Below, piece by piece: positions 26,510 to 37,965 of a stretch of DNA of 64,000 bases. The translations under genes were made by a program, and so were the position numbers. The stretch is from Lama guanicoe (Eukaryota). Numbering within the stretch: the first letter of the stretch is position 1; each line of letters opens with the position of its first letter. The stretch lies in the NCBI GenBank assembly GCA_013239625.1, contig MU054220.1:7723367-7787366 (forward strand). The letters are read 5' to 3'. The notes under the pieces are model-generated. The model saw nothing but the letters and a program-made list of their open reading frames with translations, was not told the origin of the DNA and ran no database searches.

Positions 26510-27162
26510 TGAAACAGAAGGGAAGGGGGCAGGGCACAGCCATTCAAGAAATGGCACAGCAATTAACACCAAGATGGCAGAAAATTCAAGGCCCAGTGGG
26601 CCCTGAGGCCCAAGGTGGCAGGAGATTTGATTTCCAGTAGACCCTGCGCTTCATTATACACTCATTGTAATATATTAACATGGTAAATGACACTCTCACA
26701 GGCACCATGATAGTTCGGAGGGTGACTATGAAAGGTCAAAAAGTGGGTAGTGGCCATTTCTTGGGAATTGCCACCCCTTCCCCAAAGTATTTGATATAAC
26801 CCTTCCACTTGTTAACATACGAAGTTATCAGGCCCATAAAAACTAACCACTCCCACACCTCATGGCTGCTTTCCCTTCTGAGTGAGCCGGGCCACATTCT
26901 GTTTTTGGAGTGTGTATCTACTTTTACTTTAAGCTGAGCACCCAACCCCTATACCTCATGGCCTTTCTCTTGCCTTCTGAGATAACCTGCACTCTATCTA
27001 TGGAGTGCATATTTCTCTGAATACATCTACCTTTACTCAACTGTGGCTCACTTTCGAGTTCTTTCCTGCTTGGAGCCAAGGACACCAGCACGCATCCCAA
27101 AGACTCAGCTGAGACCTGGGACGTGGCCATTCTCTTGCCCCGTATTCCCTTTTCCTGTGTCA
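26510..27162 (+). mobile_element. Complete solo ERV1 LTR, MER41-like (653 bp)
   Basis: TG...CA termini (TGAAAC...GTGTCA) with 4-bp flanks ACTC/CCTC. Carries the MER41 signature 'gacactctcacaggcaccatgatagtt' and 'gggaattgccaccccttcccc', plus an internal imperfect duplication ('acctcatggc...ccttctgag...tggagtg' twice). Confidence 0.85.
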
Positions 27163-28252
27163 CCTCTGCCTTATTGGTTTATTTTACTTGATTTATCTAG
27201 TTCACCATTTTAGTTCCACTGTCATTCTATAAAATTAATTAAAAGCGTATCTAAGCTTTATTGCCGTTTAAAAAAAATTAGGTTGACATAACAAGGTATC
27301 TTGTTATAAAGCCATTTTTTCAGTAAAAAAACTTGTTTAAAGCAGCCTCCTTCAACACCTCGTGAAACCTAGTAAGGTGTAGCAGGTTTGAGTGTTTTCT
27401 TGGAAATGAAGTATAATTTCTTATGTTAAAAATATATTCTAAAAACAACGTACATTTAAGTGGCTTGAGTGGCTGATCAGATTACCGTCTCTCAAAATTC
27501 TCCCTGGTATGAAAGTAGGTGGCATCATCGTGACCAAAAATGGAAAGAAGCTGATAATTATCAATCAGGAGGTAATAATATCACATTTTAATACATAAAT
27601 CACAACCATATGTTGGGAAAATTAGAATGGCAAACATGTTTTTTTTTTTCATCAAATTAGAACTACTTAGTAGAAATCAGACAGCAGTTAGAATCCATGT
27701 GTGCCATTTTGGATGCTGATTTTAATGAGTCATTTTCTAATTATAAGCGATGGAACACCTACTGAATATAGTCTAGGAAAACAGAAATCCATTGGCTCTA
27801 ATAAAAGGTGAAAAAAAAAAACCCCAACAACCAGGGTTCAACTGGACTGCAAAGTTCTAGATCAACAATGTCACACAGTAGCTTTCTTGTCAGATCTCAG
27901 CCAGACTAATTTCTACTGATCCTCACTGTCCGCAGTATAAGACAGCTTTAGTTTACTAAGCCTGTTATTTGTTTTTTCGCTTTCTGTTAAAGGTCTCTAG
28001 CATTGGTGATGTGGGAAAGGAAAGGCCTCCACATGCTAACGTGGCAACTGCTGTGGCAAGGAGAGTTCTGGGGAGTGGGCCAAAGGGGCAAAATTCCCAC
28101 TTACTGCTCTTTTTTTCTCCATATACTTCTACTAAGGGCCTACTTTTCTCTGTTCCTAATTGTTGTAAAATAGGCTTTAAGAAATATGAAACACTTTATA
28201 GGTACTAATCCCATTGCTGCTCTGTGCCTAGATAATCTCTTTCAACAACGCA

Positions 28253-28640
28253 TGACGTGAAATACATAATGGCCTCCCCAAGATACCAAGTCCTAATTTC
28301 CCATCTAATTTGTGAATGTTACCTTATTTGGATAAAGCATCTTTGCAAACGTGAGTTAAGGATCTTGAAATGAAGGAAGCACCTTGGATTACTTGTAGGA
28401 AAGTAATGTGAAGATGCAGGCAGGTATTACGGTAATGTGGCCTTAAGCCAAGGAATGCTAGAAACTACTTAAAGCTAGGAAAGGCAGAAATTTCTCTTAG
28501 AGTCTCTGTAGAGATTGCGGCCTTACTGACACCTTGATTTTGGAATTCTAACCTCCCAAATTGTAAGGGAATAAATTTATGTTATTTTAAGCCACTAAAT
28601 GTATGGTAGTTTGTTATAGCAGTCTCAGGAAATAAATCAA
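28253..28640 (+). mobile_element. MaLR LTR (MLT1C-like)
   Basis: Contains 'tgtgaatgttaccttatttgg', 'aagccaaggaatgc', 'gacaccttgattttgga' and 'ataaatttatgttattttaagccactaaatgtatggtagtttgttatagcag'. Confidence 0.9.
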
Positions 28641-29384
28641 TGCAGGGTTTAGGTACCACTTAAATGGTCGAAGGGAATAGTAGAGAGAAAAGAGAGCAGA
28701 TGGCAGCAAAGATGGGAAGTAAAATAGATGTTCAGACCGGATTTTCTGCGTTAATCTATTCTGACTTGGAACCCAAAACAACAGGTAAAAATTCCCTACA
28801 TATTCTAACATGAAATGCTTGTCTTCTCAACAGTGCTTGCAAAGAAGGTGGTTAAAAACCAATAGATAAAAAAGAAAACCGATTCTGATAATAGTATGAC
28901 ACAGAATCTGCCCAAACTTCCATTAAAGACATGGTGGGAGAATTGTGACATATAAATTTACAGCCTAGAAACAGGCATGAATGGTCAGCTGCGGTGGAGG
29001 TGGAGGATAAAGGATTGACTTTTTTGATAACCTCTAGCATACTTCACTTGTTTGAGCTAATTGTTGAAGTGATGGTAAGAGAGGAAGATAACCGGTATCT
29101 GGCCATCAGGGTACCATGTTATGACTACATACAATTGAAGCAAATACTCCAAGAAAAGAGGTACTTATATTGTGCTGAAATTTGAAATGAAGCCTTCTTG
29201 CTAGCCTCTCATCTGCTGATGCAAACAAGAGCAGTCCAAATTTATTCTGCAGTGGTGGAGGGCGCTGGCTTTTAAGCATTCAAGCTAAATTTTTTCTGCC
29301 CTTTCTTTCTACTTCTTCGTCTGTAGGTTCAAGGTAAGGAGTCACTGTAAGGTAGACACTTTAAAGTTAGGTGTTTATCAGTCG

Positions 29385-29500
29385 ATGTCTGTCTGTCTAT
29401 CATCTCTCTCTCTCTACTATTATCTATCATCTACCATTTATCTATCTACTATCATCTGTCTACTTCTATCTGTATCTTTCTCTTTTCCTCTTTCTCTTCT
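29385..29500. repeat. Degenerate (TATC/TCTG)n and (TC)n simple repeat
   Basis: 'tgtctgtctgtctatcatctctctctc...tatctatcatcta...tatctatcta'. Confidence 0.8.
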
Positions 29501-29522
29501 CCAAATACTTTCTTGTTGATTA

Positions 29523-30087
29523 TGTAGAGAGAAAAATTGTTTGCAGTTGGCCAAAATGGCTTTAATAGTCTCTCAGCTCGACTAAACTTTAGACGGGCTT
29601 CTTCTTGACCCTATGGCCCTTGATTTCCTTTTTTCCTGGAGCATTTTCTTAAGAAAATTTGTAATAGTATACTTGTTCTCTATTAGTGAGATGCAAATTT
29701 TTTTAAGTCTCATTTTTAAAATCCAGGAATGTCTTTCTCTCAGACCTGGGAGTCATCCATTTGAAATGTAATTATAAAGGCAGATAAAGCCTCTATCTCC
29801 TATGCTCTGTGAGGAAGTAGAATCCTAACTTGAGTGGATGTCTCATTCCAAGTAGTAAGACAATCTCCTGCCATGAAGACAGGAGAAAGTGGACTTTTTC
29901 TTTGGGTTAGGCCAATTAGCAAACACAGAACTCCCCAACCTAGCTCCATAAAACCCTGCTGCCCTTTGTCTCAGAGGAGTTTAGTTCAGACGGAATTCTG
30001 AATTCACCTCTCTCTCCTATTGCAGTAGCCTTGAATAAAGTGTTTCTCCCCTGTTTGTTATTGTTTGGTGAAATTTCTACTTTGACA
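29523..30087 (+). mobile_element. Old ERV1-class solo LTR (MER90/MER110-like)
   Basis: Contains 'tcagctcgactaaactttagac', 'ccaggaatgtctttctctcagacctgggagtcatccatttgaaatgtaat' and the poly(A) region 'cctattgcagtagccttgaataaag'. Ends 'tttgaca'. Confidence 0.75.
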
Positions 30088-30786
30088 CAATAAAGAAGGA
30101 AGCCAAATAGCTGCTTGCTTGCTTTTTTTTTTCTTGTAAGTGCAATATATTTTGTAACTATCAGGAAAAATAGAACTTGGAGGCACCGTTAATAATTTTA
30201 AGATTTCCTGGACATAAGTAACACCATCTTTTCTTGAAAGCCTCACTTAGGGTTCTGTTCATATACTGGCCTTTCTGTTTAGTGAAAGCAGAATTTTTGC
30301 TTACTTAGTAGTTTATCTATTTTAAAAAAGGTCAAGACTCAGAGTGGCCACCTTGAAATTTTGGTTAAGCAGGTAACATAACCATGCTTTTTGCACCTCA
30401 ATGGCAGACCTGTTTAGTAATATTATAAAACAAGTGGGGATGACTTCATTATCTCTCATGATGGGAAAGAGTGACAAATATATGGATCAATAGTTCATGT
30501 AATAGATGGTAGGAATTTTTCAGGTTTTGTGGAGGCATCATGCATTATCTATTGACCTCTGCCTTGTTTTAGCCTTATTCTTTAAAATAAAAGTTCATCT
30601 AAAAATATTGTAGAACAAGAGAACTCTAGTCATGGAGAGAATGTTAGAAGTAGTGTAGTCAGTACTTCCCTAGATGAGAAAGTTGAGCTTTACAACGTGT
30701 AAGTGACTTGACACAGTTCATGTAACTAACGGAGTCATGTTGTCTTTGGATGAGATTCTGCTGTATTTCAATTCTGCCTCTGAGTC

Positions 30787-31376
30787 TCTTACCGGATGGA
30801 AGGAAGCCTAAATTAGGAATCCCACCAAAGTGTGGGCTCTTGCCAATGGCTGTGAGAGGCTTCGCACAGCAGAGGCAGAGGGATGCAGTAAACCGCCACT
30901 TTACTGCTCAGAAGGGGAAGAGGAAGAAAAGCGCTCGAGCAGAGAGAAGGGGAGAAAAAGCCCTCTACTGAGGAAAAGGCGCTCGAGCTGGGAGCCATCA
31001 GCCACGATGGACGGCAGGGACAGATCCGGCCCGGACAGCTCGGTCCACGTGGACTTTTCGGAGAGGCGTCCACCAATACTATCATGTCCTTGTTCTGGGC
31101 GTGATGGAGTCAATCAGTCCTTGTTCAAGTTTTCCAGTTCTTGTGTGGGCTTTTCCAGTTGTTGTCATGGCAACTGTCAACTGTCATGGTGCCAGTGGGT
31201 GTGTCACCAGGCATGTTAATACACAATGAGGTCCTCTGGAAGTCAAATCCTCCACCAGTTCTAACCAGTTCTGGTTTCTTCTCTGCAGCTGACTCCTGAG
31301 ACTAAGATAAAAGTAACTGGTTTCTAGTTGAGGGAGGGGCAGCGGTATGATCTTGGGAGCAACAGCCTTGGTAACA
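30787..31376 (-). mobile_element. Lineage-specific ERV1 LTR, MER41-related, CpG-retaining
   Basis: Inverted termini T(c)TTACC...GGTAACA and the antisense MER41-family block 'gtcatggcaactgtcaactgtcatggtgccagtgggtgtgtc'. Confidence 0.75.
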
Positions 31377-31378
31377 AA

Positions 31379-31678
31379 GGTAACAAAAAGGAAAGTTGTT
31401 TTAAACCAGAATGCTTGTAATCTGGTGGACCCAGCATCCCCTCAAAAAAGTATCTCCAAAGATTCTGTTCAGCCACAGAAGTTTTAAAGGGAACTGAAGA
31501 AATATTTTCAGTTATCGCTGAGATAGGTGGTCAGAGTCCGTGCCACCCCCCCAGTGCCTGCAGGCTTGTCCTAATGAACTGCTTGAGCCTGCTCTGCTGT
31601 GACTCAGGGAGGCCTGGGGGACCTCAGCTTTCCTATAAACAAGGTAGGGGAGGGTGCGCATGGTCCTGCTCCCTTTCA
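31379..31678 (-). mobile_element. Partial second ERV1 LTR (cetartiodactyl-type)
   Basis: Ends 'ggtcctgctccctttca' (TGAAAGGGAG start on the minus strand). 'aaaggaaagttgttttaaaccagaatgc...ccaaagattctgttcagccac' resembles artiodactyl LTRs. Confidence 0.65.
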
Positions 31679-34168
31679 AGACCATTGCATTTTGAATTTT
31701 AATCTCCCTTTGTATACCAGTTTACTAATTCATTACTTCACCACTTTTTTAATCTTATTTTGCAGTTTCCCTAATACACTCACATTGTTTTGACATTTAC
31801 TTAGGTAAAATCGAATGCAGCATTTGTGAATCAGACCGTTTTTCACACTGACTTGCACTACTGAAGAGAACAGTGCCTGTGATTAAACAGCTGCCTTGTT
31901 TCAGCCCAGAGGCAGCTGAACTTCTGTGATGACTAGGATGATCCCTGTTTACGTGACTTGTAATCAATTTCTAATTGTTGTTGAGCACAATGAGGCATTT
32001 GCATGAAAGCCCCTGTCAGGGCACTGCCGTGCCTGGAGGCTGGGCTTTGCAGGCAGTCCTCAGAAAGCCTTTGCCTGCAGGAAATACAAATGAGGGCATT
32101 TCCCTTCAACAGCTGAAATTAAACTGCAGGAAATCTTGTTGATGCAGTTATATTTTAGGACAACAGCACTCCAAATGTCAGTCATGATTAATCATTATTA
32201 TGATGATTGTCATCTTCAATCTATGGCTCTCTTTCCATCGCCCTGAAAAATAATTCTAAAAAAAAGATCGGATACATATTTGTAACTCTGAAGAAGTGTG
32301 ATTAATGTCCTCATGTCTGCAAGAGGAGTAAGACCAAATGGTGAAACGCAGCTTCATATTGGGTAAATTACAGCTTTGTATACAGTAACACAAAATCTCT
32401 GAGCCTCAGTTTGCTCACATGTAAAATGGAGATAATGAGAGTCTCATCTAAATGGCTGAATTTGTGACCTCCATGTAACAGAGCATACAGCTGAAAAAAA
32501 ATGTAAACTATGAAAATAATTTTGGTAGTATTATGACTAAGACTCTCTGAAATGGCTAAATTATGACAGCCTTATAATAGAAAGTATAATTAATTATCCT
32601 TTAAGAAAGAAAGAATTGACATCAGCATTATAGTGCATATATTATAATGATTATTCACGTTTGAACATATTGTTTATATCAGCATTTGGATCCTTTTTAT
32701 TCTGTTTGGATTGCAAGATCTACTTTATATGGGTTGAGGAACTCTTTAGATTTGTTACTGGACTGCGCTCTTTGGTCTGTTAAGCCCTAGTAATTTCTCT
32801 AGATATGTTAATATCTGCGTGTGTGTGTGTTAAAATGATGGTGTTTAATGTACCATTAATTTATTTTACAGGCTCTTAGATTTAGAAATACTCAGCAGTT
32901 TATTTAGTCTACCTTTTCAATTAATGTAGGAAATCCCAGCACTTATTTATAATGTTCATTGACCATTCACTACATTCAATATTAAATTATATTCTGACTT
33001 CTACCAAAATTTTTTCAGGGACCAAATCTTATCATCTCCATAGGAGCACTGTTAGCACTATTCATCTGCACCTCAGAGAAGGCATCTATTTCTCAAATCC
33101 AATATAGACCCTAACACATGTTTTATAATGGTTCAGTGAATCCATTGTGGCTCCAATAAAAATTTAAACGAAATAAAAGAAAGAAGGGAAGAAAGATTTA
33201 TTTGGACTTAAAGGAGGATATGTGTCTGGGCACAAATCTGAACGAGTCAGAGCTAGAAAACCATAATTAACATATTTTCCCTTGTTAGACCAACAGAAAG
33301 GTAAAACAACATTTAATTCTTGATAACAAAGGGGCCTTTTTCAGGCAGTTATGCATTCCTCAGCACCCTGACTGCCACATCCCAGCGCTTTATGCTGTTT
33401 CCTGTGTCACTGTGCTATGACTCTCCAAAGGCCATAATCGGTTTATGAATTGTATGAGAGCTGAGGTTCATATACCAGGTAGTTTGTCAGCACAGGGTGT
33501 CATTTATGCTTCACATTGTGATGATTGTTCAGGGAAGAATTAAAAGAGCCAAAAGGAAATCACTCAGCTAATTTTCATTTCCTACATTATCTAGATTGAA
33601 AAATGAAATGCTTGTTTCCCCCCACCCCACACACACCAAAGAAGGCATATTATATTATGGTCTTAAAAGTTCAGGATTCTATAATCAGCCGGTGAGCGGA
33701 TGTGATGAGATTCTGTTGGGGAAGATGCATGTATGAGCATCTTTGATCCCATTAGAACCTGAAAGGTTTGGCTTTCTGGTTAAGGCCTAAGAGAGCCAGG
33801 GTTTCTTTCCCTTGCTTGCCTAAGAACTTGACTAAGACTGGTAAGTTGCTTCCGTAGCTAACAGTATGGCTCTCTTAGACGTTCCTTGGTCTTCTTTCTT
33901 AGTCTTATCCACTAGAGATTCACATATTTGACAAGGGTGAAGTCACACGGACCTTGCTTATCATTATATCCTTGGGATCTGACATAGTGCTGAGTACTGA
34001 AGATATGTAAAATATTTAAATGAACAGATTAACTTAGTATCCAGTATGATCAACTGGATGTTCACAGGAGGGAGGAAATAAGGAGACCCCTACCTTTAGA
34101 CGAAACTGAACTGAAAGATTTGAAGCATCTGGGAGGGACAAGGCATTAGCTATGTAAATATGGAAGTC

Positions 34169-34224
34169 ATTGGAATTTGACACAACATTGTAAAATGATT
34201 ATAAACCAATAAAAAATGTTTAAA
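34169..34224 (+). mobile_element. Extremely 5'-truncated young L1 3' tail (56 bp) with a 13-bp TSD
   Basis: 'attggaatttgacacaacattgtaaaatgattataaaccaataaaaaatgtttaaa' is flanked by perfect AAATATGGAAGTC at 34156-34168 and 34225-34237. Confidence 0.9.
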
Positions 34225-36683
34225 AAATATGGAAGTCTTAGATTGGAAGACCCAATAATTTATGTTCAGAAACAGAAAGCTTTTGAGAATGAAAGAGGTT
34301 GCTCTCTGGATCAGACACTAAAACAAGAGTCATAAAACATGACAGTTTGAGGTAAATCAAGAATTATGGATACCCTAGAGATAGAAAAAATTCATTTGTG
34401 TTCAAAAGAGGGGGTAGAGTTCCTTAAATTTTTATTGAGTATCTATTCTATACAAGGCTGTATTAAGTATTGTATAGAATTTATTGAATTCCAATGAAAT
34501 CAAAAGGGCTTACTCAGGATGTTTTCTGATTGACAAACTATGAACCACAAACTAGTCAAAGAGGGCTTGTGTTCTGCAAAGAAAACTATCAACTAAGTGA
34601 TAAATCAGAAGATTAATTGCAGACATACCCATAGATCAGATGCGTGGTCCCCAGACTCGTAGGTCACTACGATCATTGCAGGAAGCATTACAACCTAACT
34701 TGGGGCTCACGCTTTCAAATTAAAGTAAACATTACAATCATCGTAACCTTAAACTTCTGACAACAAACTATGTTCATCTTTGAATTTTTTTCTTCTGAAA
34801 ATAAACTCAGAATGAAGCCCAAGAACAATTTATTTGTTCTACTGATAGTTTGTGGTAGGGATTTCCCAACTGTTGAATTTAAACTATTTATTTTCTTGAT
34901 AATACAACAGAAAGGGGATCTACATATACTGTTCTTACTGAGGCCTAATACTTCGGAAAAAAGAGCCATTGAAAACATTTTAAAGCTTTTTGAAGATACT
35001 GAATGGACAAAACTAAAGTCAGACATGGTGGTATTTACAGACGTACTTCTAGTATCACTTTGTTGGGTCCTTGAGGGACAGGGTGATTTTAAGATTCAAC
35101 CTTGTATATACTCCATCTTCTCTTTAGTTTGAATTAGTATTTTGTTACCAGAGGGTAAGATGATTGTATCTGCTGGTTTTCCATTGACAGTACTGGTTGA
35201 TGTCTGTTTTCCTGGTTTAATTTTCAACAGTGTCACTTTTTAGAAGATAAATGAAACGATTCCCCCTACCAGAGCCTGTCAAATAGGGGACAGATAATAA
35301 GTGACTATGGGATGAATTAATAACTACGTGTCACATAAAAACTCTGTTCTATGTCAGTCGTCTTCAAATAGGATTCTTTTATTATTAAAGTTAGAAAGAG
35401 TCCACACTGTTGGGATAGTGCTAAATAATCTACAAGAGAGTTCTCCAAACACCTCATTCCATACATGATACTCGGTGGCTTTCTACTAAATTAGGATGCC
35501 TCCTAAATCAGTAAGAAGTATCCCTCATATTAATTCAATGAGAATTATGCAAATAAAAAAGCTATACAAATCAATTTCTGCTAGTTTGGTCAAATTAAGA
35601 AGTAAGTTTCCAGACTGATGAGTAAGAAGATAGTGGTGATAATTGTTGCGGGTGTTAGAAAAACAAAAGTTGAAGAATCTGAATTTGTTTGATTGACTTC
35701 TAGACTGCCTGGAGATTTCCAACATGAGAATAAAAAATATATACATTTTAGTCAGCTTGACGGATTTATATCTTGTAGGAGATGTAGATGCTGACAGTGA
35801 TGACAAAAATATTTTTTGATCTTCCAATTCCCCTTGTCCAGTTACCTTATCTACCTTTTGACTTCCATTTTGAATCTCTCATTGCCTTCTCTTCTCAAGA
35901 ACGGTGGCGTTGGCCAACCAGCAGACATCATATCATATTGGTTCAACTGGCTGATTTCCAAGTAAAAAGCATCCGTTACCACTCTAGTCGAAAACTATCT
36001 TTTGAGAAGTTAGTTGGTGTAAAACATTATGCCAGAGTTTAATCTTGTCCAAATAAAATAAAGACCCTGAAACTACTAAGATGAACACTAGATCTTAGAT
36101 CATTTAGGGCAAATCAAAGTGTAGAATCTTCGAACTTTAAGTCTCAAGCATATTTGGGCCTCCTGCACATTGTCCACAGCAAGAGTGAAGAGAAAGAGGG
36201 AAAGTAAATAAGACTATTAGGCACTGCATAATTGAGGATGGCTCAAAATAGTCTTAGTGGCCTGAAAAAAGTGCAGATTTCACATCCTGGAAATAGCTAC
36301 CTCTGTGTCTCAATTGGGCCCTTGGCACTTTCCTGAAGGAAAATTTGTTTGTATAGACTCACTCTTTGTGCTTTTCTCGTCTTTGCATTGTAGGTACAAG
36401 AACTATTATTCCTCATTTGCTATACTACCCAAATGGATCAACAAAAATATGGTCTGAAACTAAAGCTTTTTTCCTTAACATTCTATCTCCACATCAAAAA
36501 TATATACAATTTCTGTGAAATATTTAGTTCTTCTGACATTCAGAGACTAAGATGCTTGTATTTTGTATTGTCTATCTCAATTGAAAAAGTAGGTTGTGAA
36601 GTAAGTGGGATTTCTATTTTCCTCCTTAGGCTAATCTCATCAGTGGACCTGTCTGGAAACTAGCCTTTAAAAATCTACATTCA

Positions 36684-36798
36684 GAGAAATATGAAAATGA
36701 AAATATGTATATATACGTATGTCTGGGACATTGTGCTGCATACCAGAAATTGACACATTATAATTGACTGCACGTCAATAAAAAAAAATAAAATAAAT
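36684..36798 (+). mobile_element. 5'-truncated young L1 3' tail (camelid-type)
   Basis: 'atatgtatatatacgtatgtctgggacattgtgctgcataccagaaattgacacattataattgactgcacgtcaataaaaaaaaa'. Confidence 0.85.
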
Positions 36799-37429
36799 AT
36801 ACAAATGCTAACAACTTCACCATTTCGATTAAGAAAAAAAAACTTATGTTCAAAAGTCTTGTTTAAATGCTGAGGAAAATCTTTGCCTTGTTATTTTTAT
36901 TTAAATCCATTTTTTAAAAATCATAATATATCTGAGAATCTCTCTTGCTGAGGCTCTGTGTGAAAGTTGCTGCATTCCAAGCCTAGGGCCAGAATGGATA
37001 ATGTTAGCCAGAAAGCCACAGGCAGGGAACCCTAGCATCCCATCCCAGGCTAGATGTGTGGGTGTCAATTATATGACTATTCTCTGCTCTCTGGGGAGGA
37101 CCAGCTCTCCTCTTCCAGGCAAAGGCACAACACTGGGCAAAGAATGCAAACTTCTTTCTTATTATTTCTCTTTTTTCACTGAACTTATTTCTCTTCCAGG
37201 AACACTCTGTACCTATGACTGCCTTCAGGATTTTGCAGTTGCTGTCTACTCTCCCTAGAATGTTCTGCTTCCAGAACACTGCAAGTTAGTAACATCTTAC
37301 TATTTAATTATCTCACACATCACCTCCTCTGGATTTTATTTTATTTATGTACTAATCCCTCTGCAAAATTATCTTACTGATTTTGTATCAGTCTTCAAAT
37401 AAAAGTTGTGTGGTATCTTTGCAACAGGC

Positions 37430-37965
37430 ACTATTTCATGTTTCCAGAATATCAAGATGAAAAAAAAAATAGTGTCTCTGCCATCCAGGAACTCAAATTG
37501 TATTCATATGATAAGCATGTGAACAGATAAAGAAATGTAGGGATTGATACGTGCTAAGAAAACCACCAACCATGACTAACTCCAACCCTGGAGTGCGTAG
37601 TAATTGAAGATGCTCATATAACTAAGTCGGGGCAACCTCTTGAAGAGATTGTGTTTAAACTTGGGTCTGAGTCTGTGACAATCTAGGAAATAAGCACTGG
37701 AAGCGAAGGCACAGAAAAGTGCAAGGAGTTGGCATAAAATTGAGACAGAGAATGAAAACAAGTGAGTGAGTGAAGGAAGGTGAGTCTGGAGTGGTTGATA
37801 GAAGCCCACATGGGGTGAGTCTATAGAACGTAGTCAAGCATTTGAATTTCATCCACGGTCAATGGGAAGCACGTGAGTATTTTTTTAAAAAGGCGGGTAA
37901 CAAGATGCTATTTACATTTCTGAATGTTTCCTCTGGGCTGCCTTTGTGGAGAATGATTGGAAGAG
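37430..37965 (-). mobile_element. LINE-2 remnant
   Basis: Contains 'gtctctgccatccaggaactcaaa', 'tttgaatttcatcc..caatgggaagc' and 'tctgggctgcctttgtggagaatgattggaag'. Confidence 0.75.

Noticed and set aside
30750..31219. Overlapping ORFs of 70-129 aa in a CpG-rich patch
   Set aside because: They lie almost entirely inside an LTR; the open frames reflect high GC content.
34715..35132. Overlapping 103- and 120-aa ORFs
   Set aside because: F/L/I/K-rich composition typical of AT-rich non-coding DNA; no homology recognised.
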